This document shows positions 16,578 to 24,241 of a DNA stretch of 32,000 nucleotides, one piece after another. The notes below the pieces were generated by a model. The model ran no database searches, was not told the DNA's origin, and saw only the letters and a program-made list of their open reading frames with translations. The stretch is from assembly GCF_023256255.1 (NCBI RefSeq), contig NZ_JAGDXD010000055.1, positions 37,500-69,499 on the forward strand. Direction: 5' to 3'. The stretch's first letter is position 1. Every line of letters begins with the position of its first letter. Source of the DNA: Caldivirga sp. (GTDB lineage Archaea; Thermoproteota; Thermoprotei; Thermoproteales; Thermocladiaceae). The translations under genes and the position numbers were made by a program.

Positions 16578-16722
16578 AGGAGATACTGCTTAAGGTATCC
16601 TCCTTGTCTTAGAGGGCGTGGATTCCCCTTCAGGGGTCGCTGGTTCCTACACTTGGTCGCGGCATCATTGTGTTAGGTAATTTACCTCCATCTTAGGGAA
16701 TGCGGTAAAACGCACTCCATAT
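16578..16722. ncRNA. candidate structured RNA (unclassified) in a GC-rich intergenic island
   Basis: Hand count gives ~57% G+C over 16601..16670 versus ~34% over 16741..16810. Several hairpins: GGAGAUAC..GUAUCCUCC (bulged), CCCC-UUCA-GGGG, GGAAUGCG-GUAAAA-CGCACUCC. The TATA-like elements I assign to the flanking genes lie outside the island on either side, so it is not obviously a 5' UTR. Strand and class undetermined. Confidence 0.3.
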
Positions 16723-16815
16723 TAAGCCATTAACCATAAATAATGGAACTTTCAATTACAAATTAACAATGCCTACCCTTAGACAATTTATACTGGGTTT
16801 CGCTGACCATTAAAA

Positions 16816-17409
16816 ATGTTTTTAACCGGCTTAATAGATAGCCTACTGCTTGCAATGAAGAGCGTTAAGATTCTTAAGGTCAAGAGCGTGGGGGATTTTT
16901 ACGCTATAGAGGATGACTTATCTAGGTTACTGTTAAGTGATAAGAAGCCTCTTGACCCAGATAAAATAGACCCAATAGAGTTAGCTTACTTAATATACGT
17001 TGGTGACTTTAAGGTTTACGTTGATGGGAAGCAAGCCTCAATAACTGACGTGCTTCACTCAGGTGACTTAGAGAGATTCGTGGTTTACCTGGATTTAAGG
17101 AATAGGGGCTTATACGTTAAGCCTGTTAGGGATGGTAAAATAGATATGCTTGTTTGGGATAAGAAAAAGAACGCACTCTCATCTAACCCCCAGTACATGA
17201 TTAAAATCCTTGATGAAGGTAAAGGAATTAAGACTACTGAATTACTTGAATTAACTGATTACGCGGAGAAGAATAGGATGAGGCTAATCCTAGCACTATT
17301 AAGCTCAGAGGGGACGTTAACTTACTATAGGGCATTCACAATAGAGCCTACCCAGAGGGATGCAGGGTGGCTGAAGGTGAGGCAGGGTGGTGAACCTAAG
17401 GGATCTTGA
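16816..17409 (+). CDS. tRNA-splicing endonuclease, probable non-catalytic structural subunit
   Basis: EndA-like segments FVVYLDLRNRGLYVKP and the C-terminal ...RLILALLSSEGTLTYYRAF. By-eye alignment to the M. jannaschii catalytic Tyr/His/Lys places W (MLVW), N (NPQYMI) and M (EKNRMRLILA) at those positions. That pattern is expected for the beta subunit of crenarchaeal alpha2beta2 enzymes. Confidence 0.6.
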   Translation: MFLTGLIDSLLLAMKSVKILKVKSVGDFYAIEDDLSRLLLSDKKPLDPDKIDPIELAYLIYVGDFKVYVDGKQASITDVLHSGDLERFVVYLDLRNRGLYVKPVRDGKIDMLVWDKKKNALSSNPQYMIKILDEGKGIKTTELLELTDYAEKNRMRLILALLSSEGTLTYYRAFTIEPTQRDAGWLKVRQGGEPKGS

Positions 17410-17680
17410 ACAAGTGATAGACGCCTCAAGAACTAAGGGAATTAAGGTACTAGTGAGGTTTAAGGGTATTAAGAACCTCATAATGATTGATGGAGAAATT
17501 AAGGCAATTAATGTTGAAGGATTAAAGATACCGTGGAGTAGGGCATTCCAGAAGCCACCACAAGTGGTAATTGATACATACCCAGTGGAGAGGATAGAAG
17601 TAATATGTGGTGATGAAGTGGTTGCATCATACAGCAGTTTCAATGAATTGGTTAAATCATTGAGCATGCTTGAGTGTTAG
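17387..17680 (+). CDS. hypothetical small protein (GTG start, overlaps the endonuclease subunit gene by 23 nt)
   Basis: 97-codon ORF starting at GTG 17387, preceded by GGTGAGG. No ATG until codon 33. Beta-strand-prone sequence (KVLVRFKGIKNLIMIDGEIKAINVEG). No family recognised. Confidence 0.45.
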   Translation: MVNLRDLEQVIDASRTKGIKVLVRFKGIKNLIMIDGEIKAINVEGLKIPWSRAFQKPPQVVIDTYPVERIEVICGDEVVASYSSFNELVKSLSMLEC

Positions 17681-17747
17681 GCAATGGGGGTTTAAGTCGA
17701 ATGTATAGTACGGAAACGCTTATATAGAGGGCTAGGGCTGAGGATCT

Positions 17748-18140
17748 ATGGTCATGCTAGATGTCTTATCTAACGCACTAATGAGCATAAAGAACGCGGA
17801 GTCAAGGGGTGATAGGCAGGTTATTATTTGGCCATCATCAAAGCTGATCGGTAATGTACTAAGAGTCATGCAGAGGTATGGTTACGTTGGTGAATTTGAA
17901 TACGTCTACGATGGTAGGGGTGGGAAGTATGTTGTTCAATTACTGGGTAAGATAAATGATATTAGTGCCATTAAGCCCAGATTCCACGTTAAGGTTAATG
18001 AATTACAGAAATGGGAGGAGAAGTACCTACCAGCTAGGCAAGTAGGCATATTAATACTGTCAACATCTAAAGGCGTTATATCCCACTTGGAGGCTAGGGA
18101 AAACAGAGTTGGAGGCATTTTAGTGGCGTATGTCTACTGA
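17748..18140 (+). CDS. rps8: 30S ribosomal protein S8 (uS8)
   Basis: [15 protein letters not shown] at the N-terminus and [26 protein letters not shown] at the C-terminus are classical uS8 signatures. 130 aa. Confidence 0.9.
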   Translation: MVMLDVLSNALMSIKNAESRGDRQVIIWPSSKLIGNVLRVMQRYGYVGEFEYVYDGRGGKYVVQLLGKINDISAIKPRFHVKVNELQKWEEKYLPARQVGILILSTSKGVISHLEARENRVGGILVAYVY

Positions 18141-18427
18141 TTGCTCAAAGTCTCCTTACCGATGCCTACTATCATTAAGTTTGACCCATCATTAGGGCAC
18201 TTCTCCTCTTCGACCTTACCAACGTAGTCACCAGGTCTAAACTCCCTAACTTTAATGTAACCGCATGTTGGGCATCTAAGAGTAGTGTACTCACTCATTC
18301 TTCGAGCAACCACTGCTGACGTAATGTTCCTTAAGTCCCTTGCCACAACGTAAAACAACGCCACTGCAAGCGCAACGGTTACTAGTATGGGGATTATTAT
18401 AGTGTATAAGTCAATGTTAACCAACAT
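18134..18427 (-). CDS. small membrane-anchored zinc-ribbon-like protein
   Basis: 97 aa. N-terminal TM helix ([22 protein letters not shown]), then CPTCG ... 20 aa ... CPNDG (three Cys plus Asp, so metal binding is unproven). ATG lies 6 nt after the stop of the upstream gene. Its 3' end overlaps rps8 by 7 nt, convergently. Confidence 0.55.
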   Translation of the reverse strand: MLVNIDLYTIIIPILVTVALAVALFYVVARDLRNITSAVVARRMSEYTTLRCPTCGYIKVREFRPGDYVGKVEEEKCPNDGSNLMIVGIGKETLSNQ

Positions 18428-18433
18428 TAATGG

Positions 18434-19609
18434 TCACTGAGCAACCCCAATTGTGTTACCAACACCCACTATTATGACCTCATCATTAGGCTCTGAGTAG
18501 GAGTCAATCACCTTACCCAGCCTCTCAACAACCTTATTAACGGCCTCATCTATGACCTTCGTCATTGCGTTAAGTGCCTCAGGCATGCTCATTTTCACTA
18601 AAATTGCGTAAATAGGTGTATCGTACTTGGTTGCAATCGACTCTATGTTAAACTTCTCAACCCCAATACCACCCATTGCTACACCAAGCCCCTCCGCTAT
18701 TGAACCACTTTCCTCGCCTTCCAGCTTTAAGGCAGCATCAATGGTTATCATTAACCTTGGCCTAGCATTAATGTTCTCGTAAATATACCTTATCGCATCA
18801 TCTAAATGCCCCACTGTTCCACCAGGTCCCTCGGCCTTAACCAAGTATATTTTCCTACCCTTAAAGTTGCATGATGCTATGTAAGTGTCCTTAACTGAAT
18901 CACTTACTGGCTTCAAATCACTGCATAGGTTCTTAAATCTGAAGACTGTTAATGGGCCCGCTGAATCCCCAATTGGCTGCCCCTTTAGGAAAACTGGTAC
19001 TGAACCATTTAATGCATCAATCTCCTCCTTCAGTAATGGTAATATCGCAGCCAATTGAATAAGCAGGTAGTAACTCTTGTACTTCATGGCTAACCTATAA
19101 TAATGGTCAATGACCTTATATATGAAGTTCAACTCCCTTAATACATCAACAACATTAGTGAAGTTCTGAATAATAGGCTTGCTACTACTTATAGCAGGTA
19201 TGAGCCTTGAGACATCCTTCTCAAGTCTATCATTATAGGAGTTAATAAGTGCCTTATACTTCCTAACTAAGCCCTCAGGCTCCATACTGGTTGGTTCTAT
19301 TATAACCATTTCCATCAAGTCCCTTATCCTACCCTCTATTAGCCGTTTATCCTCATTAACCTTACTTGATATGAAGTCTAATACCTGCGTAATATTATTA
19401 TTCATTGAGAGTCTTAGCTTATTTAGGAAACTACTGACCTGTGATTGATACCTCCATAGTTGGAATGTCTCGTAAAACCATGGAAAGACCCCGAACCAAA
19501 GTATTAGAAGAATAATATTATATAGTAGATATTGTTGAGTACTTTGACTACCCATGGGGCTTACTTGAAGCGCTTGAAGTATGCCTAAGGCGACCAACGT
19601 ATACACCAC
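18434..19609 (-). CDS. membrane-anchored protein of unknown function (helical N-domain + Gly-rich alpha/beta C-domain)
   Basis: 391-codon ORF from GTG 19609; the first ATG is at 19555. N-terminal TM helix (YLLYNIILLILWFGVFPWFY), then a helical region to ~200. The C-terminal part carries glycine-rich loops GQPIGDSAGP, AEGPGGTVGH and GVAMGGIGVEK. Size and architecture recall an archaea-specific DUF (I think DUF1512), but I cannot verify membership. Confidence 0.65.
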   Translation of the reverse strand: MVYTLVALGILQALQVSPMGSQSTQQYLLYNIILLILWFGVFPWFYETFQLWRYQSQVSSFLNKLRLSMNNNITQVLDFISSKVNEDKRLIEGRIRDLMEMVIIEPTSMEPEGLVRKYKALINSYNDRLEKDVSRLIPAISSSKPIIQNFTNVVDVLRELNFIYKVIDHYYRLAMKYKSYYLLIQLAAILPLLKEEIDALNGSVPVFLKGQPIGDSAGPLTVFRFKNLCSDLKPVSDSVKDTYIASCNFKGRKIYLVKAEGPGGTVGHLDDAIRYIYENINARPRLMITIDAALKLEGEESGSIAEGLGVAMGGIGVEKFNIESIATKYDTPIYAILVKMSMPEALNAMTKVIDEAVNKVVERLGKVIDSYSEPNDEVIIVGVGNTIGVAQ

Positions 19610-19712
19610 ACCCGAAAGACGTAGTGGGGTAATTAAACGTTTTCACAGTATTTAATCAAGTAACCCACATCCTCATTAATCAGTGCAATATCATAATGCA
19701 TAATCATCATGC

Positions 19713-19790
19713 ATAGGGCGCTTTTTAAGATTTAGGGTGTTTTCTACTTAGGTTAAAAACTTAGGGCATTATTTTTATAGGGTATAAAAT
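19713..19790 (+). promoter_or_regulatory. promoter of the DtxR-family gene with repeated TAGG(G/T) half-site-like motifs
   Basis: Five copies of TAGGK begin at 19714, 19733, 19748 (as TTAGGTTA), 19762 and 19779. They are interleaved with TATA-like ATTTTTATAG/GTATAAAAT about 15-30 nt upstream of ATG 19803. Confidence 0.35.
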
Positions 19791-19802
19791 TAAGCTACCG
19801 TG

Positions 19803-20447
19803 ATGGAGGGTATTAGGGAGAGCAGGAGCACTAAGGTGGCTATGGAAGATTACTTAATGGCAATTAAAGTATTCAATGACTTCCATGGGGAAGCAACATT
19901 AACATTAATAGCTAATGAACTTGGCGTAACCCCTGCGACCGCGCATAAGGTAATAGAGCACTTAGAGAATGAGGGTTATGTTGTTAAATTAAGCAGAGGT
20001 ATATATTCACTCACCGATAGTGGTAATGAAATTGCTAGTAAAATGCTTAGTAAACACAGGATTCTCGAAATATTCCTAGGTGTATTGGGCTTCAACATAC
20101 TTGAGATCCACGTATACGCTCATGAACTGGAGCATGTTAATGACGCAGTGATTGACCGTATATACACTATGCTTGGTAAACCCACAACATGCCCACATGG
20201 TAACCCAATAACTGGTAAACCTGAGGGAGTGAGGTTATCTAGGTCCTATCCAGGTAATGTGATTATAACTAATGTGGCTGAGTCAAAAAATGTATTAAGT
20301 TTCCTAATTCAACACAAGTTAAACATTAATGATAGGTTAACGGTTATAAGGAGAAGGAAGGGAAACGTAACCATTAAGATTAATGACAAGCAAATAACTG
20401 TTGATGAATCCATAGCTTCAGGAATAATGGTAGCTGAGGTGAAGTAA
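19803..20447 (+). CDS. DtxR/MntR-family metal-dependent transcriptional regulator with C-terminal FeoA/SH3-like domain
   Basis: N-terminal wHTH (IANELGVTPATAHKVIEHLENEGYV). Dimerisation/metal region KHRILEIFL...AHELEHV...CPHGNPI. A C-terminal ~70 aa beta-rich domain. The track start is GTG at 19800; ATG at 19803 is preferred. Confidence 0.85.
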   Translation: MEGIRESRSTKVAMEDYLMAIKVFNDFHGEATLTLIANELGVTPATAHKVIEHLENEGYVVKLSRGIYSLTDSGNEIASKMLSKHRILEIFLGVLGFNILEIHVYAHELEHVNDAVIDRIYTMLGKPTTCPHGNPITGKPEGVRLSRSYPGNVIITNVAESKNVLSFLIQHKLNINDRLTVIRRRKGNVTIKINDKQITVDESIASGIMVAEVK

Positions 20448-20512
20448 CCATTAGCTAACTCAAACTTAATAAATTGTAGGTAATCTTTAAATTAAGCATC
20501 AGAAGCATACAA

Positions 20513-20965
20513 GTGCAGTGCAGTAATGAACTATTCAATGTCTTGGAAAGCTTACTTAATTTAATGTGCAATGGCGTTGAGGTTAATGAAGCACTGAAGA
20601 CAGCATTATCCAGTATTGGTAATAAGCAATGTGGCAGCATAGTAAGCGATACTGTAAACCGAATACTAAGGGGTGAGGTTGATGCATTAAATGAGCCATT
20701 ATTGAACAATTACCTACTTTACTTAAGGCCAAGAATAAGTAGGGAACTTAAGGGAACCTTAACTATAATCCTTAATATGGTTAATGAAGATAATATTAAT
20801 GAGGCCTTAAGCTACTTGATGAGCAATGCATGCAACTTAGTGGATTATGATAGAGTGTATGCGATTGATTTAGCTAGGTTAATGACGCTAGCTAAATACG
20901 ATAAGAATATTATTAATGCAATTAAATGTAGAATTAACCTGATACTACATGCGTCATTTGCTTAA
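20513..20965 (+). CDS. hypothetical all-alpha protein
   Basis: 150-aa ORF 65 nt downstream of the regulator on the same strand. Helix-prone, Asn/Leu-rich, several Cys. Its 3' end overlaps the P0 gene by 12 nt, convergently. No family recognised, and coding status is less certain. Confidence 0.4.
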   Translation: MQCSNELFNVLESLLNLMCNGVEVNEALKTALSSIGNKQCGSIVSDTVNRILRGEVDALNEPLLNNYLLYLRPRISRELKGTLTIILNMVNEDNINEALSYLMSNACNLVDYDRVYAIDLARLMTLAKYDKNIINAIKCRINLILHASFA

Positions 20966-21865
20966 TTCAGGCGCCTTATTTGTTAGAACTGCTGCCAGCG
21001 CATTAGCCTGGGATTGAGCCTTAGCTAGTATTAGGCCTATTGATTCAGCAGTAGGTATGTTGGCGTTTACTGCTAGGTTACGTGCCTCAATCACAGCCCT
21101 ACTGATTAATATGCTTATAGTCTCCGGTATTAATAGTGTGGAATTGACGGCGAGGTTAAGCGCCCATGATGCTGCCTGCTTAAACATATCCTCGTAGGTC
21201 TTAACATCTATCGCCAATTCTTCACCCTTAATAATGTATTTAGCGTTTAATAATGCTGCCTTAACCCTAAGTGACTCATAAACAGGCTTAACATTAATTA
21301 GCCTAAGTAGATCAGCTAACTCAGGGGTAACTGTATCACCAGGTTTAGCAACTTGAGTGTCCCTTGCAACCCATATTTTACCATCCCTGATCTGGGTCGG
21401 TATCTTAAGCTTACTGAACCTACTTAATACAGGACCTGGATTAATACCAGTATTACCAGCTGGAACTATAATATCAGTCTGAAGCACATCACCAGGCTTA
21501 GCGTATCTTCTAACTGAGTTATCTACAATAATTCTATAAAGATCAAATGGATTCTCATTAGTGAATATGAAGCCGTTCTCGCCACTTAAGTACTTTTCAA
21601 TATCAGGGTTAATTGAATCACCATAAACCCTCCTTAAGGCTATCAAAAGCAGTTTATTCCTAAAAACCTTAACAACACCATGCCCCCTTAAAACCCTCCT
21701 ATATTGATGAAGCATTGATGCTGACAAACCCTTTAACTCAAATACCAGTATTACACTATGTTTCTTTATTAATTCCTCAAGCTCCTCAAGCGCCTTAACT
21801 TTCCACTCTGGATATGGCTTAACCCTAACATACTTCTGCTGCCCAACTGAACTACTAGCCATCAT
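20954..21865 (-). CDS. rplP0: 50S ribosomal stalk protein P0 (uL10)
   Basis: Colinear by eye with archaeal P0, e.g. KPYPEWKVKALEELEELIKKH, FIFTNENPFDLY, RYAKPGDVLQTDIIVPAGNTGINPGPVLSRFSKLKIPTQIRDGKIWV and VKPVYESL. Ends ...ALAAVLTNKAPELSK without an acidic tail. TATA-like TTTTAATAATAA and GGTGA lie upstream. Confidence 0.85.
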   Translation of the reverse strand: MMASSSVGQQKYVRVKPYPEWKVKALEELEELIKKHSVILVFELKGLSASMLHQYRRVLRGHGVVKVFRNKLLLIALRRVYGDSINPDIEKYLSGENGFIFTNENPFDLYRIIVDNSVRRYAKPGDVLQTDIIVPAGNTGINPGPVLSRFSKLKIPTQIRDGKIWVARDTQVAKPGDTVTPELADLLRLINVKPVYESLRVKAALLNAKYIIKGEELAIDVKTYEDMFKQAASWALNLAVNSTLLIPETISILISRAVIEARNLAVNANIPTAESIGLILAKAQSQANALAAVLTNKAPELSK

Positions 21866-22159
21866 TCACCGTCCGAAGGATTATTATTAAAACTTTACTG
21901 CAACCCGCTTAATCTAACCCAATATGCTTAATGCTACACCACTTATGCGGCAATACTGCGTCTTAATGAACATTCATGGTTTAAACATACGTAATAATCA
22001 GTATTACTAATGATGAACAGGGAGCATAACCAAGTGCGAATTATGATGCAACTTAAAACCTCAATCCCCAGAATTAAGGTAAATTAAGATCTCGCAACGA
22101 AGTTAATCATAATAGGAGCAGGAAAACACTGCGGGAACTAAGTAGAAGTGAACCCTCCT

Positions 22160-22840
22160 TCATGAACTCTGCTGTTGCTGCTGAGTAACCTCTTGAGCCA
22201 CCTTAATAGCCTCCATTGGAGGCTTCGCTTCAGGTTTCTTCGGATATTCAAGCACCTTAATCTTAACAACTTCAACCTTCCTAAGTGGGTACACTTTCTT
22301 AGCTACATTAAATAAATCCACCTGCACCTTACCCATTATTGAATCCCTAATTAGTGAATCAAAGTCAGTCTCCTGGCTTATCCTATCTAACCTATCCATT
22401 ATTGATTTCCTTATTAAGTGCTTATGAGTCCTAGTGCACCTGTATGTGGTTATAGCTAAAACCTCCATTCTTAATTTACCACCATCTTTAGTGGTTACAT
22501 CCTTAATAACCATCACCTTACTTGAGCCTCTCCTGACAAGATTCCTAACGTAGTCCCTCGTTAATTCCATTCCATTGAACTGAGTAAAGGCTCTATCACC
22601 ATCAACACCACTAACCCTAAACCTCAACTTAACGTTAATGTGAGATAAATCCTTCGTTAAATCATACAGCGTCGTCTCAACATTCCTGCCTATGGCCCTA
22701 GAAGGTTCATCAACCGGAATCTCAACTATAGCCTGACCCCCTAGGAAAGCCGGCGCATAAACAGTTAGCCACTTCTTAAAGGCCCACTTCCCTAATGGTA
22801 TCCTCTGCTGTGCAGCAGCCTGTTGAGCCTGAGCCATCAT
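22160..22840 (-). CDS. rps3ae: 30S ribosomal protein S3Ae (eS1)
   Basis: GRNVETTLYDLTKD, TRDYVRNLVRRGSSKV and KKVYPLRKVEVVKIKVL match the archaeal S3Ae pattern as I recall it from Sulfolobus. 226 aa. Confidence 0.9.
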   Translation of the reverse strand: MMAQAQQAAAQQRIPLGKWAFKKWLTVYAPAFLGGQAIVEIPVDEPSRAIGRNVETTLYDLTKDLSHINVKLRFRVSGVDGDRAFTQFNGMELTRDYVRNLVRRGSSKVMVIKDVTTKDGGKLRMEVLAITTYRCTRTHKHLIRKSIMDRLDRISQETDFDSLIRDSIMGKVQVDLFNVAKKVYPLRKVEVVKIKVLEYPKKPEAKPPMEAIKVAQEVTQQQQQSS

Positions 22841-22883
22841 TAAACCTACATACTATTAGTTTAAAAACTTTACCATAAGGGCA

Positions 22884-23231
22884 TTACTGCTCCTTCTCAA
22901 TTGATATTTTCCCGCCCTGTATCTTAACGTAAACGTACTCACCGACATCCATCTTCCCACCTAACTCATCCATCTCCTCTTCAGTTAGCATTAACGTTAC
23001 CCTAGGTATTGGCACCTTTCCACCAAGCATTTGACTCAACATTGGTATTGATCTAAAGACGTTCTGCATCATTTCCAGCATGTCCCTACTTAAGGCTGAT
23101 GATTCACCTGAACTCGCCGCCACTAATCCAGGATTCTCCCTCTCCTCAACAATATCAATTTTAAACATCTTTCCACCAAAGGGATCCATTACCAGAGTCT
23201 TACTGACCACATAGCCCTTGAATCCAGCCAT
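22884..23231 (-). CDS. hypothetical small soluble protein
   Basis: 115-aa ORF, co-directional between the SDR and S3Ae genes (55- and 43-nt gaps). Beta-rich ends flank a Met/Ser-rich middle (SRDMLEMMQNVFRSIPMLSQMLGG). No family recognised. Confidence 0.5.
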   Translation of the reverse strand: MAGFKGYVVSKTLVMDPFGGKMFKIDIVEERENPGLVAASSGESSALSRDMLEMMQNVFRSIPMLSQMLGGKVPIPRVTLMLTEEEMDELGGKMDVGEYVYVKIQGGKISIEKEQ

Positions 23232-23286
23232 AGTTAAGCAACATTAATTCACTTAATATACTTTCCGCCGGTAAATCAATCCTTGA

Positions 23287-24198
23287 CTATGAACTAAGTA
23301 ATGCCTTAATCATCCTCTTCAATTCCATTAACTTACCTTCACCACTCATTAGTGCCTTCATTATTAATTCGCCTAATTCAGGGTCCTGAACCATGGTTCC
23401 TATTGAATTTCCTATTACATCAGGGTCCATGTAAATCATCTTCACAGTCATTCCTCCGTCGATCGTGAAGTTTACTCCAGTTATCCATGATGCGTCATCT
23501 GATACTAGGAAGGCTATGAGGTTAGCCACATCCATTGGGTTACCAACCCTACCTGCTGGGTGTTGTGCATGATCAAGGGGGTTTAATGATGGCTTCCTTG
23601 GTGGATACTGCCACTCTGAGGTATCTATCCAACCTGGCGCTATTGAAACTACCCTAATCTTATACTTCGATAGGCTAATGGCTAGAGAGTGAGTTAACGC
23701 GACTATCCCACCCTTTGATGCTGAGTATGGTTCAGTGTTAGGTTCTGATTGGAAAGCCCTAGTGGATGCAACATTAACTATGACTCCACCACCACGCTTC
23801 GCCATTTCCTGCCCAGCATACTTAGAACATAACCATACACCAGTTAGGTTAGTTGATATTACCTTATTCCACTCATCCAATGTTTGCTCAAATATTGACT
23901 TACCACCGAAGCCTATTCCAGCATTATTAATTAACACGTCAATTCCACCAAACCTCCTGACGGCTTCATTAACCATGTTCTTAACATCACCTTCAACAGA
24001 TACATCAGCCTTAACAAACACTGCATCCACACCATTACTCCTAAGCCATCCTTCCCTCCATTTACCTGCCTCCTCATGAACATCAACAATCACCACCTTA
24101 GCACCCTCCAACCCTAACTTATAGGCTACAGCAGCCCCAATACCCCTAGCTCCCCCTGTTACTATAGCTACCTTGCCACTTAGCTTACCGTTACCCAT
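23287..24198 (-). CDS. short-chain dehydrogenase/reductase (classical SDR) with ~50 aa C-terminal extension
   Basis: TGGARGIG cofactor motif, NNAG, and catalytic YSASK (YxxxK). The core ends near DGGMTVKM and is followed by an extra helix-prone tail. Confidence 0.85.
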   Translation of the reverse strand: MGNGKLSGKVAIVTGGARGIGAAVAYKLGLEGAKVVIVDVHEEAGKWREGWLRSNGVDAVFVKADVSVEGDVKNMVNEAVRRFGGIDVLINNAGIGFGGKSIFEQTLDEWNKVISTNLTGVWLCSKYAGQEMAKRGGGVIVNVASTRAFQSEPNTEPYSASKGGIVALTHSLAISLSKYKIRVVSIAPGWIDTSEWQYPPRKPSLNPLDHAQHPAGRVGNPMDVANLIAFLVSDDASWITGVNFTIDGGMTVKMIYMDPDVIGNSIGTMVQDPELGELIMKALMSGEGKLMELKRMIKALLSS

Positions 24199-24241
24199 AA
24201 TTAATAACCCTACTATACGCCTTTTAAATTATTCAATAACA

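Noticed and set aside
16640-16690. Minus-strand AUGAUGC followed 29 nt later by CUGA inside the GC-rich island, as a C/D sRNA
   Set aside because: The C box is imperfect, and 29 nt cannot hold two guides plus D'/C' boxes. I kept the region only as an unclassified structured-RNA candidate.
16578-16722. tRNA, split-tRNA half, RNase P RNA or SRP RNA assignment for the GC-rich island
   Set aside because: I could not build an acceptor/T-arm (no GTTCRAATC-type loop with flanking complementary stems). A GGCUUA string sits at the wrong end for RNase P CR-IV. The island is too short and lacks the conserved helix-8-type motifs for SRP RNA.
18653-18970. Lon-protease-like Ser-Lys dyad (GDSAG ... GGIGVEK) in the 391-aa protein
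   Set aside because: The Ser-to-Lys spacing is ~103 aa, against ~43 aa in Lon proteases. The intervening sequence does not resemble the Lon proteolytic domain by eye. This is a motif-level coincidence until a profile search says otherwise.
7994-19802. Extended TTG/GTG starts used by the ORF track for icd (7996), EF-1alpha (15285) and the DtxR-family gene (19800)
   Set aside because: In each case an ATG is the very next codon, and the N-termini then match the family norm (MPIQY.., MSIIKN.., MEGIRE..). Coordinates were trimmed accordingly.
22010-22073. C/D-box-like string AUGAUGA ... AUGAUGC ... CAGA in the S3Ae/P0 spacer
   Set aside because: There is no CUGA D or D' box on either strand, and the spacings (13 and 19 nt) violate the 12-nt rule.
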